Source: Podarcis filfolensis
Taxonomy: Eukaryota
Reading direction: 5' to 3' (one strand)
NCBI GenBank assembly: GCA_964270895.1
Contig: OZ185439.1
Length of the DNA stretch: 64,000 nucleotides
Shown: positions 27,440 to 40,329 of the stretch, piece by piece
How positions within the stretch are numbered: position 1 is the stretch's first letter
How the letters are laid out: each line of letters begins with the position of its first letter
Made by a program: the position numbers and the translations under genes
The notes under the pieces: model-generated
What the model saw: the letters and a program-made list of their open reading frames with translations, nothing else
Told to the model about the DNA's origin: nothing
Database searches by the model: none

Positions 27440-28150
27440 ATTGAAAATGACCCATAGTTCAATCTCTTGCAATGCAGGAATCTCAACTAACATTCATGCA
27501 GCTGCTGGGTGACCTTGGGCTAGTCACACTTCTTTGAAGTCTCTCAGCCCTACTCACCTCACAGAGTGTTTGTTGTGGGGAAAGAAGGGAAAGGAGCGTG
27601 TTAGCCGCTTTGAGACTCCTTCGGGTAGTGATAAAGCGGGATATCAAATCCAAACTGCTCTTCTTCTTCATGACAGATGGCCATACAACCAGTGCTTAAA
27701 ACATCAAATGAAGGAGAGCTCATCACCACTGTTCCACTGTCGAACAACTCTTACCATCAGAAAGGTCTTCCTGAATTTTAGTTGGAATCTCCTTTCTTGT
27801 AACTTGAAGCCATTTCTCTAGAGCAGGAGAAAGCAAGCTTGTTCCCTCTTCCATGTGATAGCCACCTTGAAATATCTCAAGGGCTATCATATCTCCTCTC
27901 AGTCTCTTTTCTTGGCTAAACATACCCAGCTCCTTCAACCGTTCCTCATAAGGCTTGGTTTCCGGACCCTTGATCTTCTTGGTTGCCCTCCTTTGCACAC
28001 GTTCCAGCTTGCCAATATCCTTTTTAAATTGTGGTGCCCAGAACTGGACACAGTACTCCATGTGTGGTCTGACCAAGGCAGAATAAGGCAGGACTTCCCT
28101 TGATCTGGACACTATACTTCTGTTGATACAGCCTAGAATAGCATTACCTT
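27440..28150 (-). mobile_element. CR1 LINE 3' fragment (interrupted by a SINE)
   Basis: Translation [56 protein letters not shown]...RLRGDMI is typical of the CR1 ORF2 C-terminus. Confidence 0.9.
27499..27666 (+). mobile_element. 5'-truncated SINE with an L2-type tail (Squam3-like), nested in CR1
   Basis: GGGTGACCTTGGG...CTCAGCCCTACTCACCTCACAG...GCCGCTTTGAG...(CTT)n tail. TTCATG on both sides (27493-27498 and 27667-27672). Confidence 0.7.
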
Positions 28151-28242
28151 TCCCCCCCCACCCCACCCCTTTCGCTGCTGCTGCGTCACACAGTTGACTT
28201 ATGTTAAGTGTGTGGAATTACTACGTCTCCTTTTCCACGTTA

Positions 28243-28701
28243 CCGTATTTTTCCATGTATAAGATGCCCGCATGTATAAGATGCCCCGTATTTTGGGGGA
28301 CTAACTTTAAAGAAAATGAGGGGAGATGGCCCAAAGTTGTTGAGCTTTTTAAAGGGGAAATTGCACTCGTGCCCTCACCCCAGCAGGGCTGTTGCTGAGG
28401 GTTGGCAAAGTGGGCAGCTGCTCCCCCCCATGCCACTGTGGGCAGGAAGCTCCCTAGAGCGTGGGCCATCAACCAGCTGGCTGGCACATGCAGCTTCCCC
28501 TCAATGCAGCTGCGGGAAATGCTCTCCTGAGCACGCGCCTCCCACAGCGGCATGGGGGGGGAGTTGCGTGCCCACCAATCAGCTGGCTGGCTGGCAGCGC
28601 GCAGCTCCTCCCCCCCCCCCACTATCTGTGTATATGACAACCCCAGTTTTTTGACATGATTTTTGAGTTAAAAACCTCATCTAAGACACGGGAAAATATG
28701 G
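28243..28701. mobile_element. Non-autonomous Tc1/mariner-superfamily (Tc2-like) element
   Basis: TA|CCGTATTTTTCCATGTATAAGA at the left, and an imperfect inverted copy TCTAAGACACGGGAAAATATGG at the right. Confidence 0.65.
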
Positions 28702-30208
28702 AATTTTGCTTTGGTGGTTGATCTCTTCCATGTCACAATAGGCCAGGGTTGTGACAGGACATCTGCCCTGGGTGCCAAACAAGCAAGTAAGCAAATAAGT
28801 AAATAAATAGTTTTCCATCCATCCAAACTCACAGCCCAGTTAGTCTTTCCAACACTCCTGCTCTCCAAACCCTTAACTTTGCAACTGATGTTCACATTTA
28901 AAGGTGAACCTGCAGCTTCCACTCTGAATCATTTGCTGCTGTTTTGACAGCTCTTGCAAATGTACAACTTTTGTTTGTTTGTTTCACTGATTTCCTTGTT
29001 ATAAAAGGTAAAAATGAGGTGTGTTTCATTTTAGCTTAGAAAATGTGAATAAGGCCCATGGAACTACTGGAAATGTGAGGGAAGTAATATGCTTAACCAG
29101 ATAAGTGTGTATTTGTCTTAAAGATATGCATAAATATGCACACTAATAAACAAGTCAATATAACAGACTAACATTGTCATATTCAGGAAATTTACATGCA
29201 AAGATAGGGGAGAGGAGCGGAAAATTCACTTCCATAATAATCAAGGATATGGCAAGGTAAAATATGTCAACAAATCTTTCCAAAAGGAATTCTAGGACAC
29301 TTTGGCTTAATGCCCTCCATAGGCAAATTAATACATGAGATGCAATAAATCCAAACTGCTTTAAATGCTTCAGGTTGTTGCCAGTTTTGTATATATAACT
29401 TTGTGGGTTGTAAGTAACCATGTCTGGGAGGAAGGAAAAGAACCGCAACAAATACGCTGGGTAGTCTGTTGCTAATGCTGAGGTGGTTGATATGGAAACG
29501 GCACTCAAAACAGTAGAGGCATATAATAGCCATGAAGACAGATGAAGCCCACAAGAGAGCCAAAGCCCACAGAATGCACAGTGAAACGCTGCATTTAGCC
29601 TGTCGCCATGTTAAGGCCATCATGCTTTACAATATCCACCCCCTAACCAAAAAAACCCCAAGAAGTTGAATATTTCTGATTTTATTGGTGGCATTTCTTC
29701 CTGGTTGTATCCTCACAACTTTGTTGACTTGTTTCCTGGCCTGTATTTGGCAACTTGTGTCTCTCTGTGTGTGTTTATCAGTGATGTAGAACATCACACT
29801 AGTTCAGAGTTTTGCCTTCACCTTGTGTGTCATTTTACTTGTGGATATGTTTAAACCTCTACAGGAGACAAAGGTGTACTTTGTGTCTTAGGTCTTACAT
29901 ATTATGTGGGTTGCTACTTTCATATGCAATTTGTCTAGGATTAACCAGAAACAAGAACATACCTCCACATTCAGATGTGGAAGACTTAAGCAGTGTGTAA
30001 TATTACCTTAAAGTTTTCCGTTGTTTATCACCCTCCCCTTCTTTTTGTTGCCTTCATACCGGGGGCAGGTGCTTTAGTAATGCAGTAAGGAATCAACTTG
30101 TAGACTGTTTTCCCCACTCCCCAAAGAGTCCAGTAACAGTAAAAGCTGGATGAGAGATGAGACAATGAATTAGAGAGCCATTAAAACATAGACATTTTAC
30201 AATGTTAA

Positions 30209-30511
<303 letters not shown>

Positions 30512-30870
30512 TAGGAGAAGATGTGAAATTACAGTGTCTTTATGACTTGACAAAACAATACTTCAGTACAATATGGGTGTTTAATTAATACTTTTTGTTT
30601 GCATATGTACAGTTTGTTGACAGTGGAGGAAAGGGTGCTTAAACCTTCTGGAGTGTAACTTTAGACCTAAATATGCTTGCTGTTAAGGCAAAAGCTTTTG
30701 CTAGAGATCTCAATTCATAAAATAAGATATTTTACTTGAAATTTATATATTTATTTAAGAGTACTTATATCTTGCCCTTTCATTGTAAAAATCTTTATGC
30801 TCTCAAATGTGATGGATTGGGCTTTTATTTTTGCCAGCCTAGGTGAACAGATCATTTTCACCAACTGACA

Positions 30871-31210
30871 GGTGGGCGGGTAGCGCTGTGGTCTAAACCA
30901 CTGAGCCTAGGGCCTGCTGATCAGAAGGTTGGCGGTTCAAATCCCCGCAACGGGGTGAGCTCCCGTTGTTTGGTCCCAGCTATTGCCCACCTAGCAGTTT
31001 GAAAGCACGTCAAGTGCAAGTAGATAAATAGGTGCTGCTCGAGGGGGAAGGTAAACGGTGTTGCCGTGTGCTGCTCTGGTTCATCAGAAGCTGGCCACAT
31101 GACCCGGAAGCTGTACACCAGCTCCCTCAGCCAGTAAAGCGAGATGAGCACCACAACCCCAGAGTTATCCGCGGCTGGACTTAACAGTCAGGGGTCCCCT
31201 TTACCCCCTT
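30871..31210 (+). mobile_element. Sauria-type SINE, more diverged copy
   Basis: GGCGGGTAGCGCTGTGGTCTAAACC...GGTTCAAATCCC...GTGCAAGTAGATAAATAGG...GGGGTCCCCTTTACC. No clear TSD. Confidence 0.88.
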
Positions 31211-31948
31211 AAGTGCGGGAGAGATACACAGAGAGACAGGGAGGAGCCTGACCTACACTAAGCAGGCCACACTTTGCTTACTGTGGCTTACTACATTCAG
31301 AAAATCATGGGGGTATAAGCCTCAATCCCGGGTTTCCAGAATTTTCGTGGAATTTCCCCCCTCCAAAGTCTGTTGCCTGCCTTCTTAAAATTTTAGCTAA
31401 TGGAGGAGTTGCATATTATAAGGTAAATTTGTTAAATCTTAGAATTCTAGACCAGTAGGGGAGGGGTGTGAGACCTAGAGAAAGTCCTGAGGACCAGATA
31501 AGAGGCTTGGAGGGCCACATTCAGCTGGTGGGCCTGAGGTTCCCCACCCTGGTATAGACAGTTCTGCCCATAAGCAGTGCTCAATTTGATTTAAGCATAT
31601 AGCCTCCCTAGAAAGAGTGTTTGAGGGTTGGGCAGGGACAGGAATTGCAGTGTTTTTCATTGTGTGCCCACACATTGTAACAGTAACAAAATGCTAGGTT
31701 TTCTATTGTTGCTGCTTGCTAAATATCAGATTCAGAGTTCTTCATTTCTATAAATGAAAGCAAGCAATATGGCCAGTAAAAGCCTGCCATCTTTTGTCAT
31801 CAACAAACATTCACAACCCAAAGAGGAAAGGAGAGAGTGACTGATTAGTCAAACATCAGAAGCCTCAAAATGTTGATACACTTGAGTGTTTCAGTTAAAT
31901 GTATTGTAAATTTAAACAGGGAAAACAGGTAGAGAAAAATGGGACTCC

Positions 31949-31968
31949 ACAGCGCCATCTGGTGGCAC
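31949..31968 (-). promoter_or_regulatory. Candidate CTCF binding site
   Basis: Minus strand TGCCACCAGATGGCGCTG, a close match to the CTCF core CCACCAGRKGGCGCT. Confidence 0.65.
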
Positions 31969-32132
31969 AATGTTATATCACATATATAACACATAAAATA
32001 GCTTTTTCTTTACCCATCTAGCTGAGTCCTTGGTTAGGGGAGTTTTGATTTATCTTCTGTGCTCTGACTAGCCAAAGTTAAATCTCAATACTTGGAAGTT
32101 TAAAAATGGATTATTTTATTTTTTATATGCAG

Positions 32133-32181
32133 ATCCTGATTGAATTCTGTGCTGGTGGTGCTGTAGATGCTGTAATGTTGG
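32133..32181 (+). CDS. SLK: SLK exon 3 (49 bp), followed by a GC donor
   Basis: tatgcag|ILIEFCAGGAVDAVML G|gcaagt. Phase 1 joins the AA of exon 4 to give GAA (E). Confidence 0.93.
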
Positions 32182-32269
32182 GCAAGTACAATATTACGTT
32201 TTGCAAAAGAAAGCTACAATTTTGCATATTAACAGTTTGGTTATACTGTGTACCAAAATCTGTCTGTCT

Positions 32270-32640
32270 ATCTATTTATCTATTTTCTGCACTGCCCTTC
32301 ATCTGAGGATCATGGGGTGGTTTACAATATAAAAACACAAAAATACATAGCATACAAACAAACAATAACAATAACCACACCACACCACGCACAGTTTAAA
32401 AGGCCACAGATTGTTCAATTAGCAAAAGGCCTGGGAGAAGGGGAATGTTTTGCTTGGTGCCGAAAGGTACGTAACAAAGGCACTAGGTGAGCCTCCCTCC
32501 ACAAGCAGGGAGCCGCTGCAGAAAAGGCCCACTCTGTGTTGCCACCCTTCAGACCTCTCATGGAAGAAGCACGCAAAAAAGGGCCTCAAATGAGGATTGC
32601 AGGGTTCAGGTTGGTTCATTTGGGGACGGGCGGCCCTTGT
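32270..32640 (-). mobile_element. L2 3' fragment
   Basis: Reverse complement of the family at 43520-43852 (shared CCTCAGATGAAGG motif). Confidence 0.65.
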
Positions 32641-33121
32641 GATTTTAAACATTTGTATACATTTAACACAAAAGACACTACTTACCAAATCTACCCTAGG
32701 AATTAATTTAGTAGTTAAAATCCTTCCAAAATAAAAAGCTTTGTCACTCCTAAGAAAGGCCTTAAGGGAAGAGCAGTTTCTGATCTCACTAAAGGAGTTC
32801 ATTTCAAGACCTCTTGAAAACCACAGTAAAACCCCCAAAAGAGCGTTACTTCATCCTAGTTACCAGAGCAGCAGGACTTCTTGAACTTCCCCAATAGGCC
32901 ATTCTTATCTCTCATTTTAGCTTTGATGAGAAAGCTGGAGCCCAGAATAGTACTGTTCCTTCTGCAGCACCTCCCTTTTTTCACTCTCAGCCACCTCCAT
33001 TTTGACTAGTGTATAAGATAAAAGAATTCAGGTGTAAAAGGAAGTGTGTTGCCAGTTCTGATCTGTGAGAAATGTGCTCCAGATAAAAAATAGTTTGGCA
33101 ACATATTTAGATTGCTCACCA

Positions 33122-33256
33122 CAGAGTATGGGGATCCCTTGACCCTCCAAATGTTGCTGAATTACCCATCATTAGCTATTGACCATTCTTGCTGGGGATG
33201 ATGGAAGTTGTGGTTCAGCAACACCGGGGGGGGGGGGGGGAGGTTGCCCATGCCTG
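33122..33256. mobile_element. Decayed palindromic MITE with an internal G15 run
   Basis: GGGGATGATGGAAGTTGTGG core, ending AGGTTGCCCATGCCTG. Confidence 0.55.
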
Positions 33257-33806
33257 GTTTAATATATTTTCTGTACCCATTTTATATATAAGAATATCCA
33301 TAGTTAAACTGTTTTATTTTAATGTATTTAGTAGCAAACATACACATACACACAAGTATCATGATTCAGCAATGCTGCAAAATGAAAAACAAGACAACAT
33401 TTGAACTATTGTTGATATAAATATCTATGACATAGCTTTTACATTAAAACAAAGAAAACAGGTTCCACTGCTTAGTGTTGCAAGACTTTTATTTTAACTC
33501 TCTGTTTCTGAAATACTCCTTCAAGAACTTGAAAAGCTTGCAAGTACTTTAAGGTACTTGTTTGGAAAGTCTGAACTTAACAACCAACTTTGAACAGGTT
33601 TATTCTCTCTGTGTCTGCAATGAATAGCTAGGGTGATAATTTCAGGAGCTTGCAAGTTTTTCAAGTTCCTGAAGGACTATTTCATTCCAAAACACATAGA
33701 ACTATAATAAAAGTCATGTGACCAGTAAGCATCAGAGCCTGTTCTCATTTTTGTTTTGATTCTTCGTGGTGCTTCTTCATATTTCTTCACACTGTGGCTT
33801 CTACAT

Positions 33807-33938
33807 TAGGTTTCTCCAATCTCGTACCCTCCTAATGTGTTGAACTACAAGTTGTTCACTCCAGTGGCCTAGGTAACTGGGGGAATGATAGGAGCTGTAG
33901 TCAAACACATCTAAACAACACTAGGTTGGAGAATCCCG
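33807..33938. mobile_element. Decayed palindromic MITE
   Basis: TTCTCCAATCT...GGAGCTGTAGTC...GGTTGGAGAA inverted ends. Confidence 0.5.
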
Positions 33939-34036
33939 TTCTGTTTGATCAGCTTTTAAGACTTATCAGGTTGAAGCAAATGTTTATTAAAAATGTGAAT
34001 CAATGCAATCTGCAAATGATGGTTTTTATATTCTGA

Positions 34037-34303
<267 letters not shown>

Positions 34304-34794
34304 TAAACAATTTAAGTAATTATTGTAATTACATTTGACAAACTTCCTTTGGATTTCAGAGTGAATGGGTGGGCCTATTGTAATACTTGTACTGAATACT
34401 GTAATGTTTCTTAAAGCCTGACATGGTATGTTTTTTGGGACACACATAGAAACACTTTAAAATGCCTGTGCTTGTTCAGATAAATGATCTACATAGCTAG
34501 ACCATTTCTTCTTATTGTACTGAGCTACCAAATGCTTGGGGAAGATTATAATCAAGGCATGCCATCAATATTCATTGCCTGCTTTTTAAACCCCAGCATT
34601 TGGCAGTCACAGATAAGGTTCAATCATATGCTACCCTTACAATGTGGCTGTTGCTTCTGCATGGTCAGGTGCCATGCCAAGAAACCCCATCATATCAGCT
34701 AAGGTTTCCATGTGGGAAAATAAAAACGCCAGCTGTCCACTCAATGGAATTCCTTGATTGGTCAGAAGCAATAACCACTGAGATAATATGAATG

Positions 34795-34965
34795 GCATGC
34801 TTCTGAATACCAGTTGCTGGGAATCACAAGTCAAGTGAGGAGAGCACTGTTACACTCAGTCTCTGTTTGCAGGTTTCTCGTAGGCATCTAGTTGGCCGTT
34901 GTAAGATGAAAATGCTGTACTACATGGGTCTTTGGGCTTAATCCAGCAGGACTGTTATGTCCTTA
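34795..34965 (+). mobile_element. Old CR1 3' end
   Basis: TCTGAATACCAGTTGCTGGG...GGCATCTAGTTGGCC...TAATCCAGCAGG. Confidence 0.5.
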
Positions 34966-35547
34966 TAGGAGCAATATATTTTTAATCCAACTTTTAAACA
35001 ATTGTTTGTACTTGGCTTTCAATACATACTGTGGGAGTGGAGTCAATATGTAAATTATTCATTGAATGCCAAAGTACTTACTTTAGTCTTAAGGAATAAG
35101 ATGTGCCTATTTAGATCCAGCATTTTGAATATTTGTACCAGCAAGCAAATGCCTTCCGTTGTGCTGTAATTTGTTTCATTGGATTATTAGGCTCACTTTA
35201 GATTATTATATATAGCTTTATTTCATTCTCACAATAAATCTTTAAAAATAGTTTGAGCTTAGATCTTCAGGGCAGTGTCTGCCTTTCACCCCTGCTTTTT
35301 GTGGTGGCTTCTTGCTGTTTGGTCATAACTTAGCCCGCTAAGATGTTTAAAGGCCATTTTAGGAAATCCACATGAATGTGTGGGGATTAAGGAATGGACA
35401 TACATTTCTTTTCTTCCCAGATTGAAACTATTGACTTAAACTGAGGAACAGCTTCCTCCTCAGCTCCGTTTACTATTTGCATCTTTAGGCAGAACGTTTC
35501 AGTATGGGCAAACTGGCTTCTTAAACTCATATGGCCAGATTCAACTA

Positions 35548-35779
35548 CAGTGGTACCTCGGTCTACGAACAGTCCTGTTAATGAACGCTTTGGACAACAA
35601 ACTCTGCAATACCGGAAGTAGGTGTTCTGGTTAGCACACTTTGCCCCAGAAGACAAACGGAAGCTGAACACTGGCAGCGGGAGGCCTCATTAGGGAAAGC
35701 GTGTGCCTTGGTTTAAGAACGCTTTGGTCTAAGAACGGACCTCCAGAACGGATTAAGTTCGTAACCCAAGGTACCACTG
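35548..35779. mobile_element. pogo/Tigger-like MITE (232 bp)
   Basis: TA|CAGTGGTACCTCGG...CCAAGGTACCACTG|TA. Confidence 0.88.
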
Positions 35780-36695
35780 TAGTCCAGTTTATAAGCAGAA
35801 GTCAGCACAAGGACTCCTGCTAATGCAGCAGGGCCCTCCTTCCCCCACATATCTCCAAGCCTTCCCCAAATCCACTCTGGAGGTTTGGGAGAATGCCCAG
35901 AATAACCCAGGGTGGAAGGAAGGGAAAATAATTACTTCGGGCAAGCAGATTTCCGTCAAAATTCCTAAATATTTTTCTAACCGCGTCCTGTGAAGTAGCC
36001 CATTTCCATTGTGTGGCTTCAGGTGGAACTGCACTGTTGTGTTAAATTTTACTAAGCATTCATGATGTTAGTGGGGACAACAGCTTAGTGCTTATTGGGG
36101 ATACTCATCTTTGCTACTAGTAACTAGTAGAATAAATTCCCTTCATATATCTGTTGATGTGGACTTTTATGCCTCTTTTCCTCTGAATTTTGTATCAAAC
36201 TATTAAACGATATAATCAAATAATTAAAATGCATAACTATATCAGTTAAGTGTTCACAGAGCATATTGGTCATTCCATTATAAATATAAACTTCTACAAT
36301 CCTCATCCATTTTTCTGTCTTCTTGAACCCCAAGAAAATCAATCTTTGTCATTATAGTAACATTCAATGATTTATAAAACCAATGCAAATATACATGATT
36401 AAAGTGATTCTTTTGGAGAAGAGTGCCCAGGAAGCTCCGTGCTATTGGAGGTACAAGCTTCCAATTTGGGAGTTCAGCCTGAAGTGAAAAGAAGTCATGC
36501 CCCTACCTGTGCCTCACTTGTCACAGATCTACTCACTAGGTTAAACTATGCTCTCATCACTCATGAGCTTAATCCTTTCTCTATTAATTCATATTTTTTG
36601 TTGTAAACCTGTTGAATATTCTTGACAAATGAGTGGTGTTATACAAGTTTTTACATAAAGGACACTGTTTGAAGTAAAAGTGTATATTGGTATGA

Positions 36696-36830
<135 letters not shown>

Positions 36831-37118
36831 TGAGTGCAGCATATTGCATTTTATAAACAATTGTTTATCTAAAAAAATCAAGTATAGTAAACAAAATGAT
36901 AATATTGTTTCGTTGGAGCATTTACTGGTTTTATTAACCTTAATTTATATGTAAGATTAGTCATACTCTGACCCATTGGAATCAATGGTTTAAAGTAATT
37001 TATATACATTTATTTCAGTGGCTCTACTCTGATGATGTTGATTATTTCCATTTAACTGGGATAGATATTTCCCCTTGGATATATTTCTTCTTGCTGTTGA
37101 AAATACCACTTACTATAG

Positions 37119-37355
<237 letters not shown>

Positions 37356-37691
37356 TGATTATTCTATTTTATTTTATGGTATATTTTTATTTTTATTTTT
37401 CAAGAATAATACCTAGGTACAGAATAATAGAGCTGTCTTAATTTTTAAGATTGTCAGTTGGCAAAAAAAGCACACTTAGGCCTCAAGAGTTAAATGTTGT
37501 TTCCCCCCAGAAGCAAATAGGCATTTCAAGCTTAGCTGGATATTAATTAGGCTAGCTTTCAGTTAAATATTGGTGTAAATCACCGGAGGAGAGTGAGCTT
37601 GCCTCAAGATGAGGATGCAGATAGTGGTGCTATAGAAATAAAATAGTACAATAGTCTTGGACATCAATCTTCATTAAAATGATTTGAAGTA

Positions 37692-37890
37692 TCTTCTTCT
37701 TCTTTGGCGATCACTCATAGCCAAGTAAGATTGTCTTCCATAAACATGGTTTTAACAATGAATCCGCAAGTGACTGTGGAGGCCAATTCTGGATCCACAC
37801 ATCCTTCCACAGTTGGGGACGTTGGTTCCCAGGCGGGAGTTGATCACGTTGTGGATTTGCCAAGCGTGCCTTCCTCTTAGCACGTTTCTC
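37692..37890 (-). mobile_element. RTE-clade LINE 3' end
   Basis: Reverse complement encodes CGRMCGSRIGLHSHLR (RTE C-terminal motif) followed by a (GAA)n tail. Confidence 0.75.
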
Positions 37891-38053
37891 GTATAATAGC
37901 TTATTAACAGTGTACTGTGGATCTTACGAGAGGTAGCAGGCAAGAAGTAGACGGTACTGAAATTATTTTTATCTGACAGTCATTATATACTTCTGATGAC
38001 ATGGATGACATCACTCAATTTGTATGTAGTGCTGAATGTATAGCATTTATTGA

Positions 38054-38209
<156 letters not shown>

Positions 38210-39579
38210 TAAATACTTTAAGACAGGAACTATTTTAAAAGTCTGCTAAATTTTCAATCTTTGTATGTTTTAACTTTATTTAGAACATTCCCATTTGCCA
38301 TTGGTCACCAGAGAGTTCGGAGACAGCACCAACTGGTTAATACCCCACTTTTCTAGCCAGAGAATGATAAAAGCAGCAAATAACTTGTTTTTTTAAAAAC
38401 TGCAGTGCTTGCAATAAAAAATACTAAAAGCAACATAAAATAAAATACTAGTTTTCCAGGAGCCATTCTAGTGACAAACAGGGCAACTCTACACTCTTTT
38501 GCAAACCTGCATATACATACTGTAGATATGTATGATATGTAGATATACATGTACTGTAGATACATCCAACATGCACCACAGAGGCACACAGACAAGTATA
38601 ACCACACAACCTTTCCCAATCAGCAGGATGGAATGAAAGGAATACTGTGAGGAAAATTTAAAACTATCCTCCCTGCAGTCTCTGTCCCCCATCCCCAAAC
38701 TCAGCTGATCAGAAAGCCGCTAAGCACAAGCAAAGAGGGATCTGCTTGGGCTCCTTAAACTTTTCCAACATGAAGGGCAAGGAAAGCCTTTTCAGCCATC
38801 GCTTTGAGCAGTGCTCCCCCACCTCCCCTTTCAGCTGCTCCTCGAAGCAGCAGTTCCAAATGATGACAGGTCTGTAATCCCCTTTGGACAGCAGGAAGGG
38901 GGATGGTGAGACACTGGGGGCTAGTCCAAACGGCCATGCTTTGGATTTTAAAAGTAGCTGGTAATGTAGGCATGCAGATCTTTAGAAGAGGGCATTGGGG
39001 AAGTGAGTGAATAGCATGCACCCATTGGTAAACTGTGCTGTTACTCTTCTCCCTTACCACTGGTATTATCATGAGAAGCTCTCATGTCTAAGGGAGCTTG
39101 AGCACTTGGATGGTTCTAGGGAGAAGACAGACATTCTGACAAAAGTATATCCAGACCTTGGTTATGCATAGGTCCTCTGGATTCTAGCCCTTGCTTATTA
39201 CTGCCTGGTATTTCAGAAGCTGCAGTCTCCTTCATAGTTTACAAGGAGCTAACCTAAATAAATGTAATAGGATGAATATGACTTGGTTTCATGTTACTTC
39301 ATTCATGTTCCCATCTAAAATACATTAGATTTAAAAATAAAGACTTCTGAAATGGGGCCAGGCAAAGATAATTTGCCAGAGAAACACTCTTAGCTTCAGC
39401 CATGCTATATTTCAAATAAATAAATGTAAATGATCTTAGACATGAAAACAGAAGAACAGAAAGCATAAATTTTCCTTTAAGTGTTCTATTTTTTATTTTG
39501 AGTTGGATACAAAATAGACCATAACCTGGCCCTAAGTGATAAAATATGTTGCTATTAAATGGTTTTTAATTTTGATTAA

Positions 39580-39738
<159 letters not shown>

Positions 39739-40329
39739 TAAAATAAATATATTAAAAAATATTTTAACTTGTGCTGCAGTTTACAACTATGAATTATATT
39801 CAATTCCATTGATCTTTCATGTAATTGAGCTTAGGGATACAATGCTAATTGCCTTTTATAAGATGTCCTGACACGCTTTCTGTTGCATTACACACAATTT
39901 TCTTTAAGATGCCAATGTAAAATGCAAAGTAAGTAAATGTAAGCTTCCTTAGGATGCCATGGAACCGTTTCCATGGTCAGAGAAGGGAGAGCCACAGTCA
40001 AAGGCCCCTTTGTGGAAGAAGAAATCTCTGTTGCCACCAGTCCTTTCTAGTTAGTGTTCCAGCAGGAGGAGGACCATGGGATCCTCCCATTCCTCCAGCA
40101 TGTCCCAGGTAAGATAAAACCTCTGCCAGCTCTGGAGTCAGTGGTTACTTCTCCCCCTCCTATCAGTACAGTAAATTAGGAAAATCCATAGTAGGGAGGA
40201 AAAAGGAACAGGTCACTTCTGCCCTGTATTCACCATTAAATTCTCCATTGGTTGATATAAAACTTTGATAGCATTATTTCCTTATTACTGCATTGTATAG
40301 CTAATCAGTTTTTTGTGTGTCTATTTTAG

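Noticed and set aside
29150-29650. Overlapping 117-118 aa minus-strand ORFs and a stop-interrupted plus frame in SLK intron 1
   Set aside because: No recognisable motifs or splice support.
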